Part shown: positions 50,947 to 60,157 of the stretch, piece by piece
Position numbering within the stretch: the stretch's first letter is position 1
Layout of the letters: each line of letters starts with the position of its first letter
DNA from: an uncultured Bacteroidales bacterium
GTDB lineage: Bacteria > Bacteroidota > Bacteroidia > Bacteroidales > JAAYJT01
Reading direction: 5' to 3'
Length of the DNA stretch: 64,000 bases
Assembly (NCBI GenBank): GCA_964550455.1
Contig: CAZJZG010000001.1
Coordinates: 52,222-116,221, forward strand
Notes under the pieces: model-generated
Told to the model about the DNA's origin: nothing
Seen by the model: only the letters and a program-made list of their open reading frames with translations
Databases searched by the model: none
Translations under genes and position numbers: made by a program

Positions 50947-51954
50947 ATGGATACATTGACTATTTCAGGCTCTCCGCATGTTTTCGGAGGGCAGTCGGTA
51001 AAAAAGATAATGTGTGGGGTAGTCATTGCCATGATACCTGCCATGCTTGTATCTTTTTATTTTTTCGGATTCGGTGCTTTGCGGGTAATACTTGTATCAG
51101 TGGCGGGCTGCCTCATTTTTGAATATCTGATACAAAAATACCTGATGAAACTCGAACCTACTATCAACGATGGTTCAGCAGTGGTAACAGGAATATTACT
51201 TGCTTTTAACCTGCCTTCAAATCTCCCGGTGTGGATCATTCTTGTCGGAACCCTGGTTGCGATTGGTATTGGAAAAATGTCGTTTGGCGGACTTGGTAAA
51301 AACCCGTTTAATCCTGCACTTGTAGGGCGTGTGTTTCTTCTAATCTCGTTTCCGGTTCAAATGACCTCATGGCCGGTTCCAAAACCGGTTTTCAGCTCTG
51401 CATTAACTGATGCTGTCACAGGTCCTACACCTCTCGGGCTAATAAAAGATGGACTTAAAATAGGTAAAACCGTTCCACAAATAATGAGTGACCCGGCTTT
51501 TCCTGATTATATTCAAACACTTATAGGCAATCACGGCGGGTCGCTTGGCGAAATGTCAGCAATAGCTTTGATACTTGGAGGTGTTTACATGCTTATCCGT
51601 AAAATCATCACCTGGGAGATACCCGTGGCATATATAGGCTCAGTGGTAATATTTACCGGAATATTCTGGCTTATTGATCCTACTTATTATGCTGATCCTT
51701 TGTTCCATCTTCTTACCGGTGGTATTATGCTTGGGGTGTTTTTCATGGCTACTGATATGGTAAGCTCACCGATGAGCAGAACCGGGCAGTTGATATATGG
51801 TGTAGGTTGCGGGGTTCTGACTATTTTAATCAGAATATGGGGAGCTTATCCTGAAGGTGTGTCGTTTGCCATTCTTATTATGAACGCCTTTGTGCCTTTG
51901 CTCAATAAATATATCAAACCTAAAAGATTCGGGGAGGTTGTGAAACATGGCTAA
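50947..51954 (+). CDS. rnfD: Rnf complex subunit D
   Basis: NqrB/RnfD polytopic membrane protein with the FMN-attachment region motif (FFMATDMVSSP). Confidence 0.92.
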   Translation: MDTLTISGSPHVFGGQSVKKIMCGVVIAMIPAMLVSFYFFGFGALRVILVSVAGCLIFEYLIQKYLMKLEPTINDGSAVVTGILLAFNLPSNLPVWIILVGTLVAIGIGKMSFGGLGKNPFNPALVGRVFLLISFPVQMTSWPVPKPVFSSALTDAVTGPTPLGLIKDGLKIGKTVPQIMSDPAFPDYIQTLIGNHGGSLGEMSAIALILGGVYMLIRKIITWEIPVAYIGSVVIFTGIFWLIDPTYYADPLFHLLTGGIMLGVFFMATDMVSSPMSRTGQLIYGVGCGVLTILIRIWGAYPEGVSFAILIMNAFVPLLNKYIKPKRFGEVVKHG

Positions 51955-52531
51955 AATGGAATCATCATTTAAAAACATGCTGCTTGTGTTGTTTATCATC
52001 ACATTTATTGCAGGTTTTGCTTTATCAGGGGTTTATAATATTACAAAAGAACCCATAGCAAAATCAAAGCTGGCAAAGAAAATAGCAGCCCTTAACACAG
52101 TATTACCTGAATTCGATACTGTTATAAGTCTGGAAGCGGCATTACCTGAAGAAAAACCTGTGGAGCTAAGTATAGCAATAAAAAATGACGATACAGTCGG
52201 GTATGCAGTAGAAACATACACTTCTCTGGGTTTTGGCGGAAATATTCGTGCCATGGTTGGGTTCGAACCGGACGGAACCATCATTGATGTTGTGCATCTG
52301 GAACATTCAGAAACTCCGGGACTTGGTGATAAAATTGAAAAATCCAAATCATCATGGAGCGATCAGTTCAAAGGTAAAAATCCGGAAATATTTAAATTAA
52401 TTGTAAAAAAGGACGGTGGTGATGTGGATGCAATCACCGCTGCAACCATAACCTCGCGGGCATACAGCGATGCAATAACGCGTGCTTACAAAATTGTGAA
52501 AGCACAGAAAGGAGAAAACAGCGATGAGTAA
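51947..52531 (+). CDS. rnfG: Rnf complex subunit G
   Basis: N-terminal anchor and FMN-binding domain (DAITAATITSRA). The start overlaps the rnfD stop by 8 nt. Confidence 0.9.
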   Translation: MAKMESSFKNMLLVLFIITFIAGFALSGVYNITKEPIAKSKLAKKIAALNTVLPEFDTVISLEAALPEEKPVELSIAIKNDDTVGYAVETYTSLGFGGNIRAMVGFEPDGTIIDVVHLEHSETPGLGDKIEKSKSSWSDQFKGKNPEIFKLIVKKDGGDVDAITAATITSRAYSDAITRAYKIVKAQKGENSDE

Positions 52532-53147
52532 TCTGAATAACTTTTCAAAGGGACTTGTAAAAGAAAACCCTGTTTTAGTCATGTTGCTTGGTTTATGCCC
52601 GACCCTTGGAGTCAGTTCATCGGCTGTTAACGGTGTGGGTATGGGATTGGCAACAACTTTTGTGCTCGTTATGTCGAACCTGGTGATCAGCATGATTAAA
52701 AACCTTATACCTGACAAGGTTCGTATCCCTGCATTTATTGTAGTGATTGCTTCATTTGTAACCATTGTACAGTTTATCCTCGAGGGGTTCGTACCTTCAC
52801 TTTACGAAAATCTTGGTATTTTTATTCCGCTTATTGTTGTGAACTGTATTGTATTGGGGCGTGCTGAAGCATTCGCATCAAAAAACACAGTTTTCTCTTC
52901 TACAATTGACGGGCTGGGCATGGGGCTGGGGTTCACACTTGCATTGACAGTTTTGGGCAGCATTCGTGAAATACTTGGTGCTGGGAAGATCTTCGGACTT
53001 AATCTTGGGTTTTATCCTCTCGATGCTGAAGGTAATCCTATTGTTATTCTGGTATTTGTGCTTGCGCCGGGTGCATTCATCGCATTAGGCTATCTTGTGG
53101 CTCTTAATATGAAGTTAAAGGACAGATTATCGAAAAAAACAAAATAA
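52524..53147 (+). CDS. rnfE: Rnf complex subunit E
   Basis: NqrD/RnfE family (NPVLVMLLGLCPTLGVS, PLIVVNCIVLGRAEAFA). The start overlaps the rnfG stop. Confidence 0.92.
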   Translation: MSNLNNFSKGLVKENPVLVMLLGLCPTLGVSSSAVNGVGMGLATTFVLVMSNLVISMIKNLIPDKVRIPAFIVVIASFVTIVQFILEGFVPSLYENLGIFIPLIVVNCIVLGRAEAFASKNTVFSSTIDGLGMGLGFTLALTVLGSIREILGAGKIFGLNLGFYPLDAEGNPIVILVFVLAPGAFIALGYLVALNMKLKDRLSKKTK

Positions 53148-53153
53148 GGCATT

Positions 53154-53732
53154 ATGGAATATATTTTAATAATCATAGCGGCTGTATTTGTTAACAATAT
53201 TGTTCTTGCTCAGTTTCTGGGCATCTGCCCTACCCTGGGGGTTTCGGGCAAAATTTCAACTGCCGGAGGCATGGGCGGTGCCGTGCTTTTTGTAATGACC
53301 CTCTCCACAATAGTTACTTATCTGATATTCAACTACATACTAGTGCCATTTGGAATTGATTATCTTCAAACCATAACATATATCCTTGTAATTTCGGCAT
53401 TGGTTCAAATGGTTGAGCTGGTACTCAAAAAAGTCAGCCCCCCGCTTTATCAGGCTTTGGGCATTTTTCTGCCTCTTATCACCACCAATTGTACTATTTT
53501 GGGTGTAGCTATTTTAACTGTTCAAAAAGAATATGACCTTATTCACGGAGTAGTTTTTGCTATTGCAAATGCTTTAGGGTTTGCCCTGGCGCTGATCATT
53601 TTTGCCGGCATCCGAGAACATCTCGACCTGATGGGAGTACCCAAATCTTTACGCGGCGCACCTATTGCATTGCTTGTGGCAGGGATTCTGGCTCTGGCAT
53701 TTATGGGTTTTGCCGGAATGGTAAAAGTGTAA
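53154..53732 (+). CDS. rnfA: Rnf complex subunit A
   Basis: NqrE/RnfA family (NNIVLAQFLGICP, LPLITTNCTILGVA). Confidence 0.92.
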   Translation: MEYILIIIAAVFVNNIVLAQFLGICPTLGVSGKISTAGGMGGAVLFVMTLSTIVTYLIFNYILVPFGIDYLQTITYILVISALVQMVELVLKKVSPPLYQALGIFLPLITTNCTILGVAILTVQKEYDLIHGVVFAIANALGFALALIIFAGIREHLDLMGVPKSLRGAPIALLVAGILALAFMGFAGMVKV

Positions 53733-53846
53733 AGAATAGTTTTTACAAATAATAATTTTTAGCTGCCTCAGAAACGGATTTTAGCAGGCCTGATAAACGT
53801 AAAAAATGTTAGTTCAACACTTTAATAAAATTTTAAAATCAGTGTT

Positions 53847-54539
53847 ATGAACCAGAAAACATCCAACATAAAAAAGCTGGAAGTAGCTTGTTTCAACTTT
53901 CAATCGGCATTGAATGCAATAGCTGCTAGAGCCAGTCGTATAGAATTTTGCTCTGATTATAAATCCGGCGGCTTATCACCTGATCCCGAGGAATTCACAA
54001 TTCTTAAAGAAATATCATCTGTTCCTGTTTATGTTATGATAAGACCCAGGAGAGGCGATTTCATTTATTCTTCCGCTGAAATTAAAAAGATGCAAGAACT
54101 GATAAAAATATTTACTGATTGCCGCTCTGATGGTTTTGTGTTCGGGATACTGACACCGGATAGTAAGGTTGATATTGAAGCCAATTCAAAGCTTATTATT
54201 GAGGCAGGCAAACTACCCTGTACTTTTCACCGTGCTTTTGATTATACTGCTGAACCTTTTGATGCACTTGAAGATATTATTCAAATGGGTTTCAAGAATA
54301 TACTTTCTTCTGGAAGACAAAAAACAGCCTTGCTTGGTGCTGACTTTCTGAGTGAATTGAAGAAAAGAGCAAAAAACAAAATCTCATTTATCGCTGGCGG
54401 AGGAGTACGTTCAAAAAATATAGACATGCTGGTTCAAAAGTTTGAAACTGATTTTTATCATACATCGGCAATAACCGGAAATAAAATAATTGCTGATATG
54501 GATGAAATTAAAAAGATACTTGCAATTATAAATCCATAA
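53847..54539 (+). CDS. cutC: Copper homeostasis protein CutC
   Basis: LEVACFNFQSALNAIAARASRIEFCSDYKSGGLSPD, MIRPRRGDF, and FHRAFD are typical CutC TIM-barrel motifs. Confidence 0.85.
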   Translation: MNQKTSNIKKLEVACFNFQSALNAIAARASRIEFCSDYKSGGLSPDPEEFTILKEISSVPVYVMIRPRRGDFIYSSAEIKKMQELIKIFTDCRSDGFVFGILTPDSKVDIEANSKLIIEAGKLPCTFHRAFDYTAEPFDALEDIIQMGFKNILSSGRQKTALLGADFLSELKKRAKNKISFIAGGGVRSKNIDMLVQKFETDFYHTSAITGNKIIADMDEIKKILAIINP

Positions 54540-54629
54540 ATTTCTTTAAAAGAATAGTTAATTTTTTGTCAAAACTTTAGTTGTACGACTGATTTTCAAA
54601 ACATTGATGAAATTCAGCCGTTTTGTTAT

Positions 54630-54648
54630 TATATTTGTACTAAATTTG
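54630..54648 (+). promoter_or_regulatory. Two adjacent candidate -7 boxes (TATATTTG 54630-54637; TAAATTTG 54641-54648) upstream of the CHAT gene
   Basis: Both match TAnnTTTG, 109-120 nt upstream of the ATG at 54757. A TTTG at 54622-54625 is closer than the ideal -33 spacing. Confidence 0.3.
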
Positions 54649-54685
54649 GTTTGCGTCAACTTTAAAATAACCACAATACGCTATA

Positions 54686-54697
54686 CTTAAGCACTAT
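54686..54697 (+). repeat. Left copy of the 12-bp direct repeat CTTAAGCACTAT bracketing the CHAT/amidohydrolase cassette
   Basis: Exact match to 61862-61873. 14 of 15 positions match when extended 3 nt to the left. Confidence 0.6.
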
Positions 54698-54756
54698 AAC
54701 TTCGCAGCGCAAAACCACCATATTTTATTTTTATAACCAATCAAATCTTCAGTTCT

Positions 54757-57700
54757 ATGAAAATTGATAAAATAAAAATTCGTGGCATTGAGCAGGATAT
54801 CAGATATGAAGCTGAAACAACATCTAAAAATCTTGTTCTTAAAAGGGTTTTTCTGGTAGGAGAAGCTACCCGTGGCATTATGCAGGACCATACTATTGAA
54901 ATCAAGGATAATGAAATCGTGGAGTTGAGTTTTGATGACGGGACCGTCTGGCTATCCGATTCCTACTCTCTCGATGAAATATATCCTGAGATTTATGGTG
55001 AAAGATTGCGTACAGCGGATCAGGTATTTGAAATACCACTCACTCTGGCTGTTGACGATGAGGAAAGAGGATTTCTGGGAAGAATAGCTTTGAAAGTGGT
55101 CAAAATTTTTGCCAAAAAGGCTATAAATTTTGGTATTGAAAAACTGGCAGCCAAATTAGAAGACAAGCAAACCGGACAAAAATACGGGCTATTCAGGATT
55201 GCACATGACCTCTCACTACATGAATTTGTAGCCGAAGACAGTTCAAAGCCTTTCTGTCTGCTCATTCACGGAACAGCTTCTTCAATTTCAGGATCATTTG
55301 GTGATTTGAAAGATTCACTATTAATGGAGTATCTTTCTGAAAGTTATGGAAACCATCTTATAGCCTTCCAGCATCGCACTCTCACTGAAAATCCTTTGCA
55401 AAACGTATGCGATCTCGTAAAACAACTTCCTAACAACAGCACACTGAATTTAATTACTACCTCGCGAGGAGGTCTTGTCGGAGAGCTGCTTTCGCGTTTT
55501 TGTAATGAAGATGAAAGCCGGAGGGGGTTCACAAAAACTGAAACCGCAATACTCAAAAAAGAATATCCTGATGATTATTATCTTGCCTTGCGGCATTTGA
55601 CGGAAGAAATACTGGGTATTATTGAGGCTAAAAAAATCACCATTGAAAGATTCATACGTATTGCCTGCCCTGCCGGTGGCACAACCCTTGCCTCAAAACG
55701 ACTCGATACGGTTTTGAACATAACCTTCAACCTCATTGGTATGGGTTTAGGAGCAAGCACCAATCCTGTATATGGCGCTTTTAAGGATCTTATAACTCAA
55801 GCCATTGAAACCAAAGATAATGTAGATGTTCTGCCCGGACTTGAGGTGCAGAATCCTTCCTCCCCGTTTATCAAGGCATTGAATTTAGTACCTGACCCAA
55901 CAAATCCGGGTTCAACGGTCATTATCAATAATTCGCTCGTAGTCATTGCCGGGAATACACAATTGAGCTTCAAGCTGAAAGCTTTGGTGGTAATAGCAAG
56001 TAAACTGTTTTTTACGCGTAAAAACGACCTGATAGTTGATACCGGATCAATGGCTTTAGGTACCAGAAGAACCGGCAAAGTTCAGCAGTATTTCTTCGAA
56101 GGTTCAAATATTGACCATTTTAGATATTTTCTTAACTCTGACATTAGCAAGGCAATTACTCTGGCTTTTCAAACCAGGTGGGGCGATCCACTGCCCGGAT
56201 TCACCGAAGAACATCTGAGCCTTTGTACTTTAACTGAAAGGAATGTTCTCTTAAAACTTGAAAGCGGACATGTATTTAAGGATCATGTTTCGGGAGCAAA
56301 GCCAATAGTGGTTTTATTACCGGGTATTATGGGTTCGAACCTTGAATACAATGGTAAAACTTTATGGATAAACTATATCAATTTTATAGTTGGCGGGCTC
56401 AAAGAAATGAAAAACAAAAACATTAAGGCAACATCTCTTGTAGCAACATCTTATAAAAAGCTTGTCAATCATTTAAAAGAGAAATATGATGTAATAACTT
56501 TTCCATTTGACTGGAGGCTGTCGCTGGAAGAATCAGCAGCACTTTTTAATGAAAAAATACTTCAACTCCTGAAACATAAGCAACCAATCAAGATCATTGG
56601 TCATTCAATGGGTGGAGTTCTGGTAAGGGATTTCATGGCCATGCATCCCGAAACATGGGCTAACCTTAATGAATCGGCTGGTTTCAGGCTTGTTTTTATG
56701 GGTGCTCCTTTAGGAGGGTCGTTCAGAATTCCAGCGGTATTATTTGGATATGATGATATCATAAAAAAACTGGCAGCAATTGATCAGGTTCATTCGAGAA
56801 AAGAACTGGTTCAAATATTTCTTGGATTTAAGGGCATACTTGGTTTACTGCCTGAACCCGATGAGAAATATGATTTCACAAAAACAGAAACATGGAAGGA
56901 CATGCAAAGCGGCGTAAATGACCCGCAATGGCCTTTGCCTACACAGGCTAACCTGCAATGGTTCAAAGATTATCGTGAGAAAGTGAAAAAAATTACAGCC
57001 GAAGACCTGAAAAATGCCGTATATATAGCAGGTAGGGATAAAGCAACTGCCTGCGGTTATAAAATTAATGAAAGAGGCAAGTATAAAGAACTAGTGTTTT
57101 TAAGCACAGCCGAAGGAGATTACAGTGTTACCTGGGAAAGCGGAATACCAAAATCAATGATTGAAAACAACAATGTTTATTATGTTGATGTAACACATGG
57201 CTCACTTGCAAATGAACCAGCTATGTTTGCCGGTATCAGTGAAATTCTTGAAAACGGAAATACCAATTTATTCAGTAAAATAAAACCGGTGGTCAGAGGT
57301 GCAGAAAAAGTTTTCCCAATGCCGGTATATCGTGATTTTGATCTTTCAGAATATGGCATTGAAAAAACTTTACTCGGACTTGGCGAGAAAAAAACAATTG
57401 AGATCAGCAGAGCACCAATACGGGTAACAGTAAGCAAGGGCGATCTGCGCTACGCAAGTTATCCGGTGCTGGCAGGTCATTTTGAGGATGATGGTATTTT
57501 ATCAGCAGAAAAAGTAATAAATAACCATCTGAATGGTATGCTCAGTCATAAGCATACACTTGGTATTTATCCCGGTCCTATAGGTACCAGCGAGGTATTT
57601 CTGTCAAATCAGGAAACTTTTAAAGGAGCTATAATAATTGGTTTAGGAATACCCGGCAAGATAACTGCCAATGAACTGGCACGATCAGTTGAACAAGGCG

Positions 57701-60108
57701 TGGCAAATTACTTGCTTCACGTTAGAATCAACAGTTCCAATAATCCATCACCCGATAAAAATACCGGATATATTGGAATTTCAACCCTGATGATAGGATG
57801 CGGTTATGGAGGTCTTTCAATTGAAGATTCAATTAAGGCTATTTTGCTTGGAATCCAGAATGCAAATCTTAAGATCAGGAACCTTAAACTTGAAGGCTGT
57901 CGTGAAATTGAACATATCGAATTTGTTGAGATCTATGAAGACAAAGCAGTGAACTGCTTTTATATTATCAGTAAAATTGAAAAGGAAGAAAATAAAACAT
58001 ACAGTATAATAAGAGAAAGCAAAGGGATTAAAACATTACTGGGTTCGAAAAAAAGGATTCCTATTGACAATACTGAGAGTTGGTGGAACAGGATAACAAT
58101 TTCCCAGGTACGTGATGGTGATATTATAAAAACTCTGAAATTCAACGTTTCGACCGGTAGTGCAAGAGAAGAAACAAAAGAGCTACCGGGCACCCCAGCC
58201 CTCATCGAAGGTATTATTGAAGAAATGTCAACCCATAAACAATGGACACCGGAAAGAGCTAAGACAATTTTTGAGCTTATAATTCCCAATGATTTTAAAG
58301 CTTATTTAAAACGTCATGGCAACATCAGTCTTATAGTTGACTCTTATTCAGCAACATATCCTTGGGAGCTTTTGCAGGACGAAATCAGAAACGATGTAAA
58401 GGATAGTAAACCCATATGTATAACATCGGGAATGATAAGACAGCTTAAAACTGATAAATATCGTTCTTCAATAAAAACCGTTCAAAAGAACAATGCACTT
58501 ATCATTGCTGATCCTGACCTGAAAGGATTTACAAGCCAGTTGCCGGGAGCTTTGAAAGAGGGTCAGGAAGTAGCACACTTACTGGAAGAGCAGAGTATGG
58601 AAATAACCACCAGCTTTAAAGGAAATCATTCTGAGATAATTGAAAAATTATTTAGCAATGATTATAAAATCATTCACCTTTCAGGACATGGGGTTTTTAA
58701 TGAAGATGTTTCAAAAGGGTCGGGAATGATCATTGGCAAAGACCTTTACCTGTCAACAAGAGAGATTATACAAATGTCGAGCACTCCTGATCTGGTATTC
58801 GTTAACTGCTGCCACTTAGGCAAAACCAGTGGTATAGCTGAAGAATTGTATCAACAGCGTTATAAACTGGCAGCCAACATAGGAACCCAACTCATCAATA
58901 ACGGAGTTAAATGTGTGGTTGCTGCAGGCTGGGCTGTAAACGATGATGCTGCACTTGAATTTGCAAGAGTATTTTACAAACGCATGTTCGAAGGATTCAA
59001 TTTTGGCGATTCAATAAAGGAAGCAAGACGTTCTGTTTTCGAACAATTCAGCTATACTAACACCTGGGGTGCATATCAGTGTTACGGTGACCCGTTTTAT
59101 AAATTTGATATTCAGTCGTATGAACAAAAATCCGCAGAAATAGAATATATGATAGTTCAGGAAGCCGAAGTTGATCTTGACAACCTGCTCAATGAAATTG
59201 AACTGGGTGAAAGAACCACTCAGGAATACCTTGAAAAACTGAATCAGATAATAAAGGCTGTAGAAAGAGGCAATATCCGGAATATAACGGTAACAAAGCT
59301 TGAAGCATTGATTTATCGTGAATTAAAGGAATATGATAAGGCTGTTGAAAAGTTTGAAAATCTTATGCTCATGGATAGCGTAACCTCTTCAAATTCGCTT
59401 GCCGGAGTGTTTCTGAACACTAAAACCAAGCTAATACTCGAAAATTCAAAGAAATATCCTGACCGTAAAAACGAATACCTTATTGAGTTAAACAAACTAA
59501 GCAAAGATTTTGAAACTCTGATAAGTTATAGTCCAACGGCTGAAAAAATAAATATGCTGGGCAGCACATACAAACGTCTGGCTTACCTTTCGGAAAAAGA
59601 AGAAAAGAAGGCTTCATATCTGAATGCAGCAAGACAATACCGGAATTCATATATAAAAACCCCGAAATGGTATTCACTTATAAACTGGTTATCGCTCGAA
59701 AGCACTTTTGTAAGATCAAAATGGCATAAATGGGGTTCGGATAAAAATGACAAAAATGAAAATATTGGATACCAGTTGCCAACTACCAATGAAGCCATAC
59801 AAATGCTGGAGGCTATGAAGGTTAAGGTTGCATCAAACAAGGAGCATAAAAGTTATTGGGATATGATTGCAATACTAAACCTTGATTTGACAAGATACAT
59901 CATTGAGTTTGAGTCGTCAGACAGACAAGCAGAGCTTGATATTATAAGACAGAAGATAATTAGTCACTGGAAGCTTGCTGGTTCTAAAGGAAAACGTTTT
60001 GCTGAGGTTGAGCATCTCGATTTTCTTAGCGATGCAATTCCCGGTAAACAGGATAAACTAAAAAAAGAACTTGAGCGTCTTAAAGCAAGTCTGGAACAGC
60101 TTATATGA
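54757..60108 (+). CDS. 1783-aa multidomain protein: unknown N-terminal region, serine-hydrolase-like module, LCAT/PGAP1-like alpha/beta-hydrolase (lipase) module, unassigned region, CHAT (caspase-fold) protease, C-terminal helical-repeat region
   Basis: CLLIHGTASS (nt 55255-55284) and TTSRGG (Ser236, nt 55462-55464). PIVVLLPGIMGSNL (nt 56302-56343) and GHSMGG (Ser617, nt 56605-56607). CHAT entry motif YPWELL (nt 58357-58374), IIHLSGHG (His1311, nt 58687-58689), LVFVNCCHLG (Cys1351/1352, nt 58807-58812). Residues from about 1440 to 1783 are all-helical and TPR-like. No signal peptide, T9SS CTD or Walker A motif found. Confidence 0.75.
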   Translation: MKIDKIKIRGIEQDIRYEAETTSKNLVLKRVFLVGEATRGIMQDHTIEIKDNEIVELSFDDGTVWLSDSYSLDEIYPEIYGERLRTADQVFEIPLTLAVDDEERGFLGRIALKVVKIFAKKAINFGIEKLAAKLEDKQTGQKYGLFRIAHDLSLHEFVAEDSSKPFCLLIHGTASSISGSFGDLKDSLLMEYLSESYGNHLIAFQHRTLTENPLQNVCDLVKQLPNNSTLNLITTSRGGLVGELLSRFCNEDESRRGFTKTETAILKKEYPDDYYLALRHLTEEILGIIEAKKITIERFIRIACPAGGTTLASKRLDTVLNITFNLIGMGLGASTNPVYGAFKDLITQAIETKDNVDVLPGLEVQNPSSPFIKALNLVPDPTNPGSTVIINNSLVVIAGNTQLSFKLKALVVIASKLFFTRKNDLIVDTGSMALGTRRTGKVQQYFFEGSNIDHFRYFLNSDISKAITLAFQTRWGDPLPGFTEEHLSLCTLTERNVLLKLESGHVFKDHVSGAKPIVVLLPGIMGSNLEYNGKTLWINYINFIVGGLKEMKNKNIKATSLVATSYKKLVNHLKEKYDVITFPFDWRLSLEESAALFNEKILQLLKHKQPIKIIGHSMGGVLVRDFMAMHPETWANLNESAGFRLVFMGAPLGGSFRIPAVLFGYDDIIKKLAAIDQVHSRKELVQIFLGFKGILGLLPEPDEKYDFTKTETWKDMQSGVNDPQWPLPTQANLQWFKDYREKVKKITAEDLKNAVYIAGRDKATACGYKINERGKYKELVFLSTAEGDYSVTWESGIPKSMIENNNVYYVDVTHGSLANEPAMFAGISEILENGNTNLFSKIKPVVRGAEKVFPMPVYRDFDLSEYGIEKTLLGLGEKKTIEISRAPIRVTVSKGDLRYASYPVLAGHFEDDGILSAEKVINNHLNGMLSHKHTLGIYPGPIGTSEVFLSNQETFKGAIIIGLGIPGKITANELARSVEQGVANYLLHVRINSSNNPSPDKNTGYIGISTLMIGCGYGGLSIEDSIKAILLGIQNANLKIRNLKLEGCREIEHIEFVEIYEDKAVNCFYIISKIEKEENKTYSIIRESKGIKTLLGSKKRIPIDNTESWWNRITISQVRDGDIIKTLKFNVSTGSAREETKELPGTPALIEGIIEEMSTHKQWTPERAKTIFELIIPNDFKAYLKRHGNISLIVDSYSATYPWELLQDEIRNDVKDSKPICITSGMIRQLKTDKYRSSIKTVQKNNALIIADPDLKGFTSQLPGALKEGQEVAHLLEEQSMEITTSFKGNHSEIIEKLFSNDYKIIHLSGHGVFNEDVSKGSGMIIGKDLYLSTREIIQMSSTPDLVFVNCCHLGKTSGIAEELYQQRYKLAANIGTQLINNGVKCVVAAGWAVNDDAALEFARVFYKRMFEGFNFGDSIKEARRSVFEQFSYTNTWGAYQCYGDPFYKFDIQSYEQKSAEIEYMIVQEAEVDLDNLLNEIELGERTTQEYLEKLNQIIKAVERGNIRNITVTKLEALIYRELKEYDKAVEKFENLMLMDSVTSSNSLAGVFLNTKTKLILENSKKYPDRKNEYLIELNKLSKDFETLISYSPTAEKINMLGSTYKRLAYLSEKEEKKASYLNAARQYRNSYIKTPKWYSLINWLSLESTFVRSKWHKWGSDKNDKNENIGYQLPTTNEAIQMLEAMKVKVASNKEHKSYWDMIAILNLDLTRYIIEFESSDRQAELDIIRQKIISHWKLAGSKGKRFAEVEHLDFLSDAIPGKQDKLKKELERLKASLEQLI

Positions 60109-60157
60109 ATAATAACTATTAAATCAACCTTATATTAACTCATTAAATCCATTAATT

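Noticed and set aside
54757-60108. Possibility that the CHAT protein is a STAND/NACHT-type NTPase sensor, or that a gasdermin substrate gene is adjacent.
   Set aside because: No GxxxxGK[ST] Walker A motif is present; LGLGEKKT is the closest and does not fit. Neither flanking ORF resembles a ~250-aa gasdermin-like protein. The neighbours are CutC and an amidohydrolase.
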